Source of the DNA: an uncultured Gemmatimonadaceae bacterium
GTDB taxonomy: Bacteria > Gemmatimonadota > Gemmatimonadetes > Longimicrobiales > Gaopeijiaceae
Direction: 5' to 3'
Length of the DNA stretch: 64,000 nucleotides
Assembly (NCBI GenBank): GCA_963790115.1
Contig: CAWBNF010000001.1
Coordinates: forward strand, 3,446,436-3,510,435
The notes under the pieces are model-generated. The model did not search any database, was not told the origin of the DNA, and was given only the letters and a program-made list of their open reading frames with translations. Position 1 is the stretch's first letter, and each line of letters begins with the position of its first letter. Position numbers and translations under genes: made by a program. Positions 1 to 11,389 of this stretch are shown one piece after another.

Positions 1-1256
1 CGCATACCGCGGAGCGGGACGGCCGGAGGCGGCCTTCCTGCTCGAGCGCCTCGTCGACATCGCCGCGCGCGAGCTCGGAATCGACCGCGTGGAGATCCGG
101 CGCAAGAACTTCATCACAGATTTCCCCTACCAGACGCCGGTCGCGCTCGAGTACGACGCCGGTGACTACGTGGGCACGCTGGACACGGCCCTCGAGCTCG
201 CCGACTACGACGGCTTCGAGGCCCGCCGCGAAGACGCGAGGAAGCGTGGCAAGCTGCGCGGCATCGGCGTATCGACGTTCGTGGAAGCGTGCGGGATTGC
301 GCCTTCGGCGCTCGCCGGCGCGCTCGGCGCGCGCGCGGGGCTGTTCGAGTCCGGACAGGTTCGCGTGCACCCGACCGGGTCGGTCACGGTCTACACCGGA
401 TCGCACAGCCACGGACAGGGGCACGAGACCACGTTCGCCCAGCTCGTCTCGGAGTTTCTGGGCGTCGACGTCGATCAGGTGGACGTCGTGCACGGTGACA
501 CCGGGGAAGTCGCATTCGGGATGGGGACGTACGGATCGAGGTCGCTCGCGGTGGGCGGAAGCGCCATCTACATGGCCATGCAGAAGGTCATCGAGAAGGG
601 CACGAAGATCGCCGCCCATCTCATGGAGGCTTCACCCGCGGACGTCGAGTTCGACAAGGGCACGTTCCGCGTGGCGGGCACCGACAAGGAGCTCGGCCTG
701 GCCGACGTGTCCCTCGCGGCGTACGTCCCGCACAACTATCCGGAGGGGCTCGAGCCGGGCCTGGACGAGCAGGCGTTCTACGATCCTAAGAACTTCACCT
801 TCCCGGCGGGCGCGCACGTCGTGGAGGTGGAGATCGATCCGGAGACCGGGCGTCGTCGAGGTCGTTTCGGTCGCGTGCGCGGACGACGTCGGCACGATCA
901 TCAACCCGATGATCGTCGACGGACAGATGCACGGCGGCCTCGCCCAGGGGATCGGCCAGGCGCTGCTCGAGCGGGCCGTCTACGACGAGTCGGGTCAGCT
1001 CATGACCGGCTCGTACATGAACTACACGATGCCCCGGGCCGCGGACCTGCCTTCGTTCAAGCTCCGTAGCAACATCACGGCCTGCACGCACAACCCCCTC
1101 GGGGTGAAGGGGGTCGGCGAGGTCGGCTCGATCGGGGTTCCGCCCGCGGTGATCAACGCGGTCGTGGACGCGCTCGCGCACCTCGGCGTGACGCACGTGG
1201 AGATGCCCGCGACTCCCGAGCGCGTGTGGCGGACGATCAACGAGGCCCAGGCCTAG
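1..1256 (+). pseudogene. coxL: CoxL-type molybdopterin-binding large subunit (form II CoxL / xanthine dehydrogenase family); 5' end lies outside the window; one frameshift
   Basis: Frame 2 from nt 2 reads [45 protein letters not shown] is the form II CoxL active-site loop motif. The frame continues through ORF 89..1069 ([22 protein letters not shown]). After a +1 shift near 848 the homology continues in ORF 162..1256 ([39 protein letters not shown]). Confidence 0.85.
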
Positions 1257-1265
1257 GAGACGAGG

Positions 1266-2057
1266 ATGCAAAGCTTCGAGTACCACAGGCCGTCGTCGCT
1301 CGCCGAGGCGCTCTCGCTGCTCGGCAAGAGCGGAGGCTCGCTGCTGGCCGGCGGCCAGAGCCTGCTCCCGGCGATGAAGCTGGACCTCGCCGCCCCCTCG
1401 GTGCTCGTGTCGCTCCGCGACGTGGACGAGCTGAGAGGCATCGAGAAGGGGAAGGGAGAGATTGTCATCGGCGCGATGACCACACACGCCGAAGTCGGGG
1501 CGTCGGACGTGGTTCGTTCGGCGATCCCCGCGCTCTCCGATCTCGCCGGAAGGATCGGGGATCCGCAGGTGCGGAACCGAGGCACGCTCGGCGGCTCGAT
1601 CGCCCACGCCGATCCGGCTGCCGACTACCCGGCGGCGCTCGTGGGCCTCGGCGCCACCGTGGTCACGAACGCGCGGGAGATCGCCGCGGACGACTTCTTC
1701 AAAGGCATGTTCGCCACGGCCAAGGCCGCCGACGAGATCGTCACCGCCGTCCGGTTTCCCGTGCCCGAGTGCGCAGGCTACGCGAAGTTCGCGAGCCCCG
1801 CGTGCAAGTTCGCCCTGGTCGGCGTGATGGTCGCGAAGGCGACCGATGGCGTTCGCGTCGCGGTGACCGGGGCGGCGCTCTCGGTCTTCCGCCAGAAGGA
1901 CATGGAGGCGGCGCTCACGAAGGACTTCTCGGCCGCGGCCCTCGACGGGATCTCCCAGGACGCCGGTGGGCTCACGTCCGACCTCGAGGCGAGCGCGGAA
2001 TTCCGGGCCCACCTGGTCGGCGTGATGGCGCGCCGCGCCGTGGAGTCATGCCGGTAG
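1266..2057 (+). CDS. coxM: CoxM-type FAD-binding medium subunit of the molybdoenzyme
   Basis: ORF 1266..2057 is intact. It shows FAD-binding-5 family motifs: LLAGGQSLLPAMKL, GDPQVRNRGTLGGSIAHADPAADYP, ASAEFRAHL. It starts 10 nt after the coxL stop. Confidence 0.85.
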   Translation: MQSFEYHRPSSLAEALSLLGKSGGSLLAGGQSLLPAMKLDLAAPSVLVSLRDVDELRGIEKGKGEIVIGAMTTHAEVGASDVVRSAIPALSDLAGRIGDPQVRNRGTLGGSIAHADPAADYPAALVGLGATVVTNAREIAADDFFKGMFATAKAADEIVTAVRFPVPECAGYAKFASPACKFALVGVMVAKATDGVRVAVTGAALSVFRQKDMEAALTKDFSAAALDGISQDAGGLTSDLEASAEFRAHLVGVMARRAVESCR

Positions 2058-2968
2058 CGCTACCGAGCTCGGTCGACAGCACCGAGGCGCTTCTCGCCGG
2101 GGGCGACTACGTCGCCGACCGGGGGCTCGCCACGTCGCTCTACCTGTCGTTCGCGCTCGGCCGGCCGCTCTTCCTCGAAGGCGAGGCCGGAGTGGGCAAG
2201 ACGGAGGTCGCCAGGGTGCTCGCTTCCGCGCTCGGCCGCCGGCTGATCCGTCTGCAGTGCTACGAGGGCCTCGACGTCGCCTCGGCGGTCTATGAGTGGG
2301 ACTACGCCCGCCAGATGATCGAGATCCGGATCGCGGAGGCGTCGTCCGTCACCGATCCGGAGCGACTCGCTGCGGACGTGTTCGACCGCCGGTTCCTGAT
2401 CAAGCGTCCGCTCCTCGAGGCGCTCGAAGCGGGCATCGAGGGCCCACCCGTCCTGCTCATCGACGAGCTCGACCGGACCGACGAGCCGTTCGAGGCATTC
2501 CTGCTGGAGGTGCTCGCCGACTTCCAGATCACGATCCCCGAGATCGGCACCATCAAGGCCGACGAGCCGCCGCTCGTGGTGATCACCTCCAACCGGACCC
2601 GCGAGATCCACGACGCGCTCAAGCGCCGATGCATATACCACTGGATCGACTATCCCGACGCGGCGCGCGAGCTCGAGATCCTGCGCGTGCGCGTGCCCGG
2701 TGCGGGAGAGCGGCTCTCGCGCCAGGTCGTCGCGTTCGTGCAGAAGCTCCGCGAGGCGCCGCTCTTCAAGTCTCCGGGCGTCGCCGAGTCGATCGACTGG
2801 ACGCGCGCGCTTCTGGCTCTGGACCGCGGCGTGCTCGACGCCGAGACCGTCAACGACACGCTCGGGGTTCTGCTCAAATACCAGGACGACGTCGAGCGCA
2901 CACGGGGAGACGAGAGCGCGCGCATGCTCCGGGAAGTCGAGCGGGAGCTGGCCGCGACGCCCTCTTGA
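2048..2968 (+). CDS. coxD: MoxR/CoxD-like AAA+ ATPase
   Basis: ATG at 2048 lies inside long ORF 1226..2968 and overlaps the coxM stop. Walker A GEAGVGKTEVA, Walker B PVLLIDELDR, and TSNRTREIHDALKRRC are typical of MoxR/CoxD. Confidence 0.85.
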   Translation: MPVALPSSVDSTEALLAGGDYVADRGLATSLYLSFALGRPLFLEGEAGVGKTEVARVLASALGRRLIRLQCYEGLDVASAVYEWDYARQMIEIRIAEASSVTDPERLAADVFDRRFLIKRPLLEALEAGIEGPPVLLIDELDRTDEPFEAFLLEVLADFQITIPEIGTIKADEPPLVVITSNRTREIHDALKRRCIYHWIDYPDAARELEILRVRVPGAGERLSRQVVAFVQKLREAPLFKSPGVAESIDWTRALLALDRGVLDAETVNDTLGVLLKYQDDVERTRGDESARMLREVERELAATPS

Positions 2969-4141
2969 GCGGGGGGGCTCCCGCGCCGTCGGGCGCGCTC
3001 GTGGGCAACCTGGTCGGGTTCGTGCGCCTTCTGCGCCGCGCCGGCGTGCGCATCGGCCCCGGGGCCACGCTAGACGCGGTGCGGGCCGTCGAGGCGGTGG
3101 GCCTCAGCCGCCGGGCGGACCTCTTCTGGGCGCTGCACGGCGTGCTGGTGAAGCGTCGAGAGGAGCACGAGGTGTTCCGCCGGGCCTTCGACGCGTACTG
3201 GCGAGAGCCGGCCCGCGTGCCGCCGGAGCTCGCGGAGCTGCTGCCCCGAGTGGAGCGTCCGGGTGCGGAGCGGAAGGCGCCGGGGGCCCGGCGCCTGGAG
3301 GAAGCCGCCGGACCGCGACATCGGCCCGAGGATCGGGCGTTTCGTGGCGCGCTCGAGACCGTGGACCTGTTCCTCGCGTGGTCGGGCCAGGAAGCGCTCA
3401 GAACGCGCGATTTCGAGCAGATGAGCGCCGACGAGCTGGAAATCGCGCGCCGCGCCATCTCCGCCCTGAGCCCACATCTGGCGATGCGGCGGACTCGTCG
3501 CTGGCGGCCCCACCGCGCACGGCGAGCGCATCGATCTCAGGCGCACGCTTCGGGGCTCGGTGAGAGCCGGGCGGGGCGCGATTCCGCTCGCCTTGAGCCG
3601 AAGGCGGGAGCGAACGACGGAGCTGGTGCTGATGTGCGACGTCTCGGGCTCGATGGAACGTTACGCGCGCATGCTGCTCCACTTCGCGCACGCGCTCACG
3701 TCGGCCCGGACCGGAGTGCACACGTTCACGTTCGGAACACGGCTGACCAACGTGACCCGTGAGCTCCGTGCCAGGGACGTCGATCGGGCGTTGGCGGAGG
3801 CCGGAGGGGCCGTGACGGACTGGTCGGGAGGCACGCGCATCGGGGCGAGCCTCCAGGCGTTCAATCGGCTCTGGTCGAGGCGCGTGCTGAGTCGTGGGGG
3901 CGTGGTCCTCCTCGTCACCGACGGCCTCGACCGAGACGGTGCCGAGGGCATCGAGAAGGAAGCGGCGCGCCTGCACCGCTCCTGTCGGCGACTGATCTGG
4001 CTGAACCCGCTGCTGCGCTACGCGGCCTTCGAGCCGAAGGCGGCCGGGGTGCGCGCGCTCCTCGGCCACGTCGACGACTTCCGGCCCGTGCACAACCTGG
4101 AAAGCCTCGCGCAGCTCGCGGACGTGCTGTCGGAAGCCTGA
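2965..4141 (+). pseudogene. coxE: CoxE-like VWA-domain protein, one frameshift
   Basis: The N-terminal part is in the frame of ORF 2296..3762 (LVGFVRLLRRAGVRIGPGATLDA...MRRTRRWRP). The C-terminal part is ORF 3560..4141 (GERIDLRRTL...LVLMCDVSGSMERY, TDWSGGTRIG, LVTDGLDR). There is a +1 shift at the C-run near 3510. A TTG at 2965 overlaps the coxD stop; the start codon is uncertain. Confidence 0.8.
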
Positions 4142-4147
4142 GGGTCT

Positions 4148-4771
4148 TCAGCTCCCGCCCAGCACGCGCCTGAGCCAGCTCCGCAGCGCACGCCACAGGA
4201 GGGCCAGCCCGTTCACGGGGCGGACCTGGGCGGCAGCGCCGCTCGCGGGCGACGGGACCGCCCCCGCGCCGTCGCTCTTCTGCTCCCCATCGGCTTCCGG
4301 AGTGGCGGCGTCCGCCGACAGCTTGCCGGCAAGGCAGGCCGTGAACTCGTCGAGCACCTGCTCGGAGACGACCTGGATCATCCCGCGGCCGAGGGTCACG
4401 ATCCTGCCCGTGACGTCGACGCTCGCATCGAGCGTGACCTCGCTGTTTCCGCCGTCCGCGGGGAGCACCTGAGCGAGCATGCTCATGTCCGCGGAGCCGG
4501 CGCCCGTCTTTTCGCGACCCTTGGCGCGCACGGAGAGCCTGCGCGCGGCCTCATCCACTTCGGCGAGCTCGGCGGTGCCGCGATAGGAGACGCTCATCGC
4601 TCCGAGCTTCACCGTCACGTTTCCGTCGTGGCGGAGCCCGTCGGCGGACGAGGACTCGAGCGCGGCTCCAGGCAGGCAGGTGACCACCAGGGACGGGTCG
4701 ATGAGGTAGGCCCAGACACGCGCAGGGGGCGCGTCGACCCGAAAGCGGCGGCTGATGGTCAGCGAGGACAT
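4148..4771 (-). CDS. coxG: CoxG-like SRPBCC protein (carbon monoxide dehydrogenase subunit G family)
   Basis: Internal ATG at 4771 of ORF 4148..5059: MSSLTISRRFRVDAPPARVWAYLIDPSLVVTCLPGA...VTVKLGAMSVSYRGTAEL. The upstream part of that ORF has no protein-like content. Confidence 0.75.
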   Translation of the reverse strand: MSSLTISRRFRVDAPPARVWAYLIDPSLVVTCLPGAALESSSADGLRHDGNVTVKLGAMSVSYRGTAELAEVDEAARRLSVRAKGREKTGAGSADMSMLAQVLPADGGNSEVTLDASVDVTGRIVTLGRGMIQVVSEQVLDEFTACLAGKLSADAATPEADGEQKSDGAGAVPSPASGAAAQVRPVNGLALLWRALRSWLRRVLGGS

Positions 4772-4784
4772 GCCGGGGCCTCTG

Positions 4785-5363
4785 TCAGGGAGTCGGAAGC
4801 GCGGAGGGGGTGTCCACGTCCAGGAGCACGCCCGGTCCGGCAGGCACCTCGTGCACGGCCGCGGCGTGGCGCTCCAGGAGCCGGCGGGCGCCGCGGTCGC
4901 CCAGGACCCCCGAGAGCTGCCGGAAGAACCGGGAGGACCACAGAACCGGGTTGCCCCGGTGCCCGTCGTGCACGGGGACGCAGATCTCGCGTCCGGCCGC
5001 CGGGTCGCACGCGGCGACGAGATCCGCCACGTCGCGGGCCTCCACCCAGGGCATGTCACCCAGGAGCACGACCACGGCGAGGACGTCCTCGCCGAGCGCG
5101 TGGATCCCGGCCCGGAGCGACGAGCTGAGGCCGGCCGTCGGACGGGCGTTCACGACGAGCGACACGGGCATTCCTGCGAGCTTATCCCGTACCTTGTCCG
5201 CCTGGTATCCCAGGACCACCACCACGGGGTCGAGGCCAGCGGCCAACGCGGTCGAGACGACCCGACGGACGATGGCCGTCCCGTCCAGCTCGATCAGCAG
5301 TTTGTTCGCCTTGCCCATGCGTCGGGAGAGGCCGGCTGCGAGAACGATGCCCGCCGCCTTCAC
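4785..5363 (-). CDS. MocA/MobA-like nucleotidyltransferase (molybdenum cofactor cytidylyl/guanylyltransferase family)
   Basis: This is the C-terminal 192 codons of ORF 4785..7346: VKAAGIVLAAGLSRRMGKANKLL...LLGDMPWV...HRGNPVLW. A GTG start at 5363 overlaps the upstream stop (GTGA). Confidence 0.75.
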   Translation of the reverse strand: MKAAGIVLAAGLSRRMGKANKLLIELDGTAIVRRVVSTALAAGLDPVVVVLGYQADKVRDKLAGMPVSLVVNARPTAGLSSSLRAGIHALGEDVLAVVVLLGDMPWVEARDVADLVAACDPAAGREICVPVHDGHRGNPVLWSSRFFRQLSGVLGDRGARRLLERHAAAVHEVPAGPGVLLDVDTPSALPTP

Positions 5364-6391
5364 GACGTCCCCGCTCGCAGCGCCTTCACGATCTGGGCGA
5401 TGATCGAGACCGCGATCTCCTGCGGCGTGCGCGCGCCGATGTCGAGTCCGATGGGGGCGTGGATGCGCTCGAGCGCCTCGGGGCCGATGCCTTCGTCCGC
5501 GAGGCGCGCCAGCCGACTCGAGTGGGTGCGTCGGCTGCCCAGCGCGCCGACGTAGAACGGGTTGGACCGGAGCGCGGCGACGAGCGCGGGGTCGTCGAGC
5601 TTCGGATCGTGTGTGACCGTGACGATTGCCGTGCGGTGATCGATTCCGAGCTCCGCGAGCGCCTCGGCCGGCCACGAGCCCACGATCCGCACGCCCGGAA
5701 AGCGCTCCTCGGAAGCGAACGCGGCGCGTGGGTCCACCACGACCACGTCGAATCCCGCCGTCACGGCCAGGGGCACGAGCGCCTGAGTCACGTGAGCGGC
5801 GCCGACGATGACCACCCGCGCGGGCGGGTTGTGGGGCCGCAGAAACAGCTCGCCGGCTTCGGTCTCGACGAGCGTGGCCCGATCGCTTACCAGCGCCCGC
5901 TGGATGGCGTCGCCGTCGAGCGCGGGAGAGGCGCCTTCCTGCGGGACGGGTGCGGATCCGTCGTGCACGAGCTCGTGGGCGCCCGACCCGAGCCACGTGG
6001 CCAACACGGCCGCCTCGCCTGTCTCCCGGGCACGGACCAGCGCGGCCAGCGTGTCGTCCCCGAGCCCTCCCTCGCCCACCGGCACGACCCACACGCGCAC
6101 CTTCCCGCCGCACGCCAGGCCGACCATCCACGCGTCCTCGTCGGACACGCCGTAGGTGACGGATCGAGGGGTGCCTTCGGCCATCACGTTCTGGGCCTCG
6201 TCCACGACGGCCGCCTCGACGCAGCCGCCGGACACGGAGCCCACGAACGCGCCCGTCTCGCAGACGGCCATGTAACCGCCCACCGCACGGGGAGCCGAGC
6301 CCCACGTCGCGACGACGGTGGCGAGCGCGACACGATGACCCTCGCCCCGCCACGCCTGGATCTGCCGCAGGATGTCCGTGGTGCCACTCAT
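5360..6391 (-). CDS. XdhC/CoxI-family molybdoenzyme maturation factor
   Basis: ATG at 6391 inside ORF 5360..6820: MSGTTDILRQIQAWRGEGHRVALATVVATWGSAPRAVG...VSGGCVE...VVIVGAAHVTQALVPLA...THDPKLDDPAL...YVGALGSRRTH...IHAPIGLDIGARTPQEIAVSI. Confidence 0.85.
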   Translation of the reverse strand: MSGTTDILRQIQAWRGEGHRVALATVVATWGSAPRAVGGYMAVCETGAFVGSVSGGCVEAAVVDEAQNVMAEGTPRSVTYGVSDEDAWMVGLACGGKVRVWVVPVGEGGLGDDTLAALVRARETGEAAVLATWLGSGAHELVHDGSAPVPQEGASPALDGDAIQRALVSDRATLVETEAGELFLRPHNPPARVVIVGAAHVTQALVPLAVTAGFDVVVVDPRAAFASEERFPGVRIVGSWPAEALAELGIDHRTAIVTVTHDPKLDDPALVAALRSNPFYVGALGSRRTHSSRLARLADEGIGPEALERIHAPIGLDIGARTPQEIAVSIIAQIVKALRAGTS

Positions 6392-6503
6392 GCATGCAGC
6401 ATGGAGCGGGCGCAGACGCCCTGCAAGGCGGGGAAGCCCTTCCGGCCGCCAGAGAGACGAGTAGCTTGCGAGGCCAGCACCGGCGACTCGTAGGGACGTT
6501 CCC

Positions 6504-8556
6504 ATGCCAGCAGAAAACCCACTCTTCGTCGACAGCGACCTTCCGCTCGGGATGCCCCGCTTCGACCTCATCCGGGACGAGCACTTCGGTCCGGCCTTCG
6601 ACCGCGGCATGGCCGAGCAGCGTGAGGAGATCCGGGCGATCGCCGACGGCACGGACGCGCCCACGTTCGAGAACACGATCGTCGCCATGGAGCGCTCGGG
6701 CCGCCTGCTGGGACGCGTCAGGGCGATCTTCGACAACCTCACCGCGGCGCACACGAACGACACGCTGGAGGCCCTCCGGAGTGATTTGGCTCCCAAGCTC
6801 GCCGCCCACCGGGACGCCATCGCGCTGGATGCCGGCCTCTTCGCGAGGATCGACGCGGTGTACGGCGAGCGGGGGCGGCTCGAGCTCGACGAGGAGTCGA
6901 TGCGCCTGGTCGATCGCTACCACAAGGACTTCGTCCGCTCGGGCGCGCGGCTGTCCGCCGCGGACAAGAAGCGGCTGAGGCAGATCAACGCCGAGCTGGC
7001 CGAGCTCGCGACCACGTTCAGCCAGAACGTTCGGAACGAGGTCAACGCGTCCGGGATCGTGGTGGCCTCCCGCGAGGACCTCGCGGGGCTGTCGGAAGCC
7101 GCGATCGCCACCGCGAGCCGCGCCGCGGAGTCGCGCGGACTCGACGGCAAGTACCTCATCCCGTTGATGAACACCACGGGCCAGCCCGTGCTCGCGCACC
7201 TCGAGAGCAGGCCCCTCCGCCGACGGATCTTCGAGGCGTCCGTCGCGCGCGGCAGTCGAGGTGGCGAATTCGACAACCGCGAAGTGGCGAGCCGCATGCT
7301 GAAGCTGAGGGCGGAGCGCGCGCGCATGCTGGGATACGAGAACCACGCGACGTACGTGCTCGCAGACGAGACGGCACGCACGCCGGAGGCCGTAAGCCAG
7401 AGGTTGGCCGAGCTCGCCCCGCCTGCGATTGCCAATGCCCGCCGCGAGTCGGATACGCTACAGGACATGATCTCGGCCGAGGGCGGGGACTTCCGGCTCG
7501 AGCCCTGGGATTGGGCTTACTACACGGAGAAGGTGCGGCGGGCCGAGTACGATTTCGACGAGAACGAGCTGCGTCCCTACCTCGAGATGGGCAACGTTCT
7601 CGAGAGAGGGGTCTTCTACGCGGCGCAGCGCCTTTTCGGGTTGAGCTTCCACGAGCGTCACGACCTGCCGACGTATCATCCCACGGTGCGCGTGTTCGAG
7701 GTCCACGACGCCGACGGCGAGCTCATCGCGATCTTTCTGGCCGACCTGTATGCGCGTCCCTCGAAGCGGGGCGGTGCGTGGGAGGACACCTACGTGTCGC
7801 AGTCACGCCTTCTCGGCGACAAGGTCGTGGCCGCGAACCACCTCAACGTGCCCGAGCCCAAGGAGGGCGACCCGACGCTCCTCACGTTCGACGAGGTCGT
7901 CACGCTGTTCCACGAGTTCGGCCACGCGCTGCACGCGATGCTGTCGGACGTGACCTATCCGCGTTTCTCCGGTACGTCGGTCCCGGACGACTTCGTGGAG
8001 TTTCCGTCCCAGGCCAACGAGATGTGGGCAATCTGGCCGGAGGTCGTGGAGAGCTACGCGGTTCATCACGAGACCGGCGAGCCGATGCCCCGGGAGCTGG
8101 TCGACAAGGTGCTGGCTCTGCGGAGCTTCAACCAGGGCTTCAAGACGAGCGAGTATCTGCGAGGCGGCCCTGGTGGATCAGGCGCTTCATCAGCTCGGGC
8201 CGGAAGAGGTGCCCGACGCGGAGACGATCATGCAGTTCGAGGCCGACGCGCTGGAGAGGGCGGGGGCCGCGTTCCGCCCGGTCCCGCCTCGGTATCGGAT
8301 CCCCTACTTTTCCCACGCCTTCAGCAGCTACTCGGCGGCATACTACTCCTACATCTGGGCTGAGGTGCTGGACGCGGACGCCGTCGAGTGGTTCCGCGAC
8401 AGCGGCGGGCTCGATAGGGCCAACGGGGACCACTACCGGAGGACGGTTCTCTCGATGGGCGGAAGCCGCGACGAGATGGCGCTCTACCGCAATTTCCGCG
8501 GCCGTGACGCGTCGGTCGAGCCGCTGCTCGAGCGCAGGGGGCTCATGGTGCGCTGA
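6504..8556 (+). pseudogene. dcp: Peptidyl-dipeptidase Dcp (M3 metallopeptidase), one frameshift
   Basis: ORF 6504..8363 carries the HExxH site (TLFHEFGHALH) and M3-family sequence as far as SEYL. The rest is ORF 8173..8556 (DQALHQL...YSYIWAEVLDAD). The +1 shift is near 8163; removing one G restores SEYLRAALVDQALH. Confidence 0.85.
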
Positions 8557-8580
8557 GCCCGGGGCCGGGCTCCTCGCTCT

Positions 8581-9454
8581 TCACGCCGCGGTTCCCGTGC
8601 CCTGATGGATCGTGAGGGGCTCGATGCGGAACGTCTCGAACGGCATCACGACCCCTGCTTCGGTCAAGGCGTTGAAGACCGCTTCGCGCAGTGCCGTGCG
8701 CGCCTCGATGTGGTCGCGCTCATCCTCGAGCCAGGCGCGCAGCTCGACCCGGACGTTGTAGTCGTTGAGCTGCGTCACGACCACCACCGGCTTCGGCAGC
8801 TTCATGAAGTCGGCGCGACCGGCCACCAGCGCGAGCAGCACCGCTCGCACACGCTCCAGGTTCTCGATCGACCGCGACGGTCACGGGAATGTCGATGCGG
8901 AGGTGGGGGAAGTTGGTGTAGGAGGCGACGATCGTGTTGATGATCTCCGTGTTCGGCACGGCGAGCATCCGGCCGTCCGGCGTGACGACCCGGGTCGAGC
9001 GGAGGGTGATGCGGTCGACCTGCCCGTACGAGTTGCCGACCTCGACCAGATCTCCGATCACGAACGGGCGGTCCCAGTAGATGAGGAGGCCCGAGATCAG
9101 GTTCGACAGGGCGTCTCGGGCGGCGAAGCCCAGCGTCAGACCGGCGATTCCGAGGGACGTGAGCAGCGACGCCGTATTCACGCCCACGGCGGACAGGGCG
9201 TTCACGGTCGCGAACGCCAGCACGCCGAACTTGAGCACGGTGAGAGTGAAGTCGCGACTGGTGGCGTCGACCTGCAGCCTGTTGGTGACCATCCGCGCGA
9301 CGCGGTCCAGCACGCGCCACGCGACGTAGTAGGCCAGGAAGGTGATCGCGCCGATCAGGAGGTTGGCCACGGCGTCGGCCGCCGCCACGCCGAGCGTCTG
9401 GGGATCGAACAGCGTCGTAAGTCGATCGATGATGCTCTGGAAGAACCGAATCAT
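8581..9454 (-). pseudogene. MscS-family mechanosensitive channel, one frameshift
   Basis: ORF 8720..9454 (LLTSLGIAGLTLGFAARDALSNLISGLLIYWDRPFVIGDLVEVG..GQVDRITLRSTRV) is followed by ORF 8581..8850 (IENLERVRAVLLAL...VELRAWL). The shift is near 8868. Confidence 0.8.
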
Positions 9455-9518
9455 GGGTGCCCTCCTGGGATGGGGCCTGCGTCTGCCGTGGCGCCTGTTC
9501 GTGCCTTATGCTAAGCGA

Positions 9519-9951
9519 ATGCACGCCATCGACGAGAGCAGGGAATCGCGGGTCTTCGTGTACGGAACCCTCCGCAAGGACGCGCGCGGACAGGTGCTCT
9601 CACCCCTGTGTCGAGGTTGGACCTTCGAGGGATACGGCACGGTGCAGGCCGAGCTCTACGACTTCGGGGCGTATCCGGGCGCCGTCCCGAGCCGCCTCCT
9701 CCTCCGACCGCGTGCGCGGGGAGGTCTACGCGCTGCCCGACACCGGCCAGACGCTCCGCTTGGTGGACCACTACGAGGGGTGCGGCCCCGAGGACCTGCC
9801 GCCCTACGAGTTCGAGCGCGAGATCGTGGAGGTCGAGCTCGAGCGTGGAGGTACGACGCCCGCCTGGATCTACTGGTACCGGCCCGATCCCCGAGGCCGG
9901 CGCCTCGCGTCCGGGGACTATCTGGAGAGGACGGAGCCGCGGAGCCCCTAA
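9519..9951 (+). pseudogene. Gamma-glutamylcyclotransferase (GGCT/AIG2-like) family protein, one frameshift
   Basis: From ATG 9519: MHAIDESRESRVFVYGTLRKD...GTVQAELYDFGAYPGAV (frame of ORF 9342..10019). It continues as RVRGEVYALPD...YEFEREIVEVE (ORF 9457..9951). The shift is near 9690. Confidence 0.65.
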
Positions 9952-11191
9952 GCCCAGGCGAACAAGAGCGCGATCGCCGACCGCGATCGCGAGCGCGAAC
10001 AGGCCGGCGAGCCGCTTGAGCATCGCACGGCTACCGAGGAAGACCACGAGACCCAGCTTGAAGACCATGTTGGACATGCTGGCGAGCAGGATGAGGCGCC
10101 ATCCGGTGTGGGCTCCGATGACGTTCGTCGCGACCAGGCGCGACGTCGAGAGCGTGATCGCGTCGATGTCGGTGAGCCCGGACACGGCCGCGGTGGCAAA
10201 GAGCCCGGGGCTTCCCAGCAGGCGCTCGGCCGCGGCAACCGCGAAGAGGATCGTCGCGTAGAGCGCTCCGAAGAAGATCGCCGAGCGGAGCTCCGTCGGG
10301 TTCGCCGGGCTCGAGCGGGCTCTCGGGCGCCATCGTCGCGGACTTCCAGATCGCCGCCGCGGTGATGAGGAACACGAGCAACATGACCGCCACGGGTCCG
10401 GCCGCGGTCGGCAGGAAGCCGGGGGCGACGGTGCCGATCTCGATGAGCATGCGAACGAACACGACCCCCGACGCGATCCACACGACGGCAGTCGCCTCGG
10501 GCGTCACGGCCGCGCTCGTCTTGGTGAGCCTGGCGTAGCTCATCGTCGTCGCGGTGCTGGAGACCACGCCTCCCAGGAGGCCCCCGAGAAGCGTGCCACC
10601 GCGCGCGCCCATCAGTCGGAACGTGGCGTAGCCGGCGAGGTTGATCCCGACGATCAGCACGACCATCCACCAGATCTGGCGCGGGTTGAGCACGTCGAAC
10701 GGGCCGAAGGTGCGATTCGGGAGCACCGGCAGGACGACGAGCGAGATCACGACGAACTGCATGATCGCGCGGACGTCTCGGTCGCTGAGTCGTGCGACCC
10801 ATCCCTTGAGGCGTGCTCCGGAGGTGGAGGAGCATCGCCGTCGAGGCTCCCACGACGATCGCGACCTCGCGCTGGCCGTAGACGGTGAGCGCGCCGACGA
10901 GGTACGTGAGCACGACCGCGACCTCGGTGGTCTGGCCGGGGTCGACGTCGCCGCGCTTCAGCATCAGGACGTTCCCCATGACCATGAGGGCGGTGACGGC
11001 GAGGACTCCGGCCACGATCACCCAGCCGCCGCTCTCGGTTGCCAGACAGCGCCGACGACGGCCCCCAGGACCGAGACCAGGGCGAACGTCCTCAGGCCGG
11101 CCAGCGGCGAATCCATGCGCTCCTTCTGCAGGCCCACGAGGAGCCCGAGGCCGAGCGCGATCAGCAGGTCGAGGAAGACGTCGCTCAGCAT
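9948..11191 (-). pseudogene. MgtC/SapB-DUF4010 family integral membrane protein, at least four frameshifts
   Basis: ATG 11191 gives [43 protein letters not shown]. Homology then continues across ORFs 9948..11231, 10031..10762 (VVISLVVLPVLPNRTFGPFDVLNPRQIWWMVVLIVGINLAGY) and 9511..10185, and ends IALLFAWA* at 9948. Confidence 0.6.
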
Positions 11192-11265
11192 GGGTTCTTC
11201 CGGTGATGTGGGGGGCGCTCAAGAAAGCCAACGGAGGTGGGGATACGCAACGCGTCCGACGCGGG

Positions 11266-11295
11266 TTGACCTCTCAGGACCGGCTCGTGTAATTT
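11266..11295 (+). promoter_or_regulatory. Candidate sigma70-type promoter of the tRNA array
   Basis: TTGACC (11266-11271), an 18-nt spacer, then TAATTT (11290-11295). The first tRNA starts at 11308. Pattern match only. Confidence 0.4.
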
Positions 11296-11307
11296 CACTG
11301 TCTCTGT

Positions 11308-11381
<74 letters not shown>

Positions 11382-11389
11382 TCGCCGAC

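Noticed and set aside
1-1256. Naming the locus a bona fide aerobic carbon monoxide dehydrogenase
   Set aside because: The active-site loop reads AYRGAGR (form II), not AYxCSFR. The function of form II homologues is unresolved, so only the family is called.
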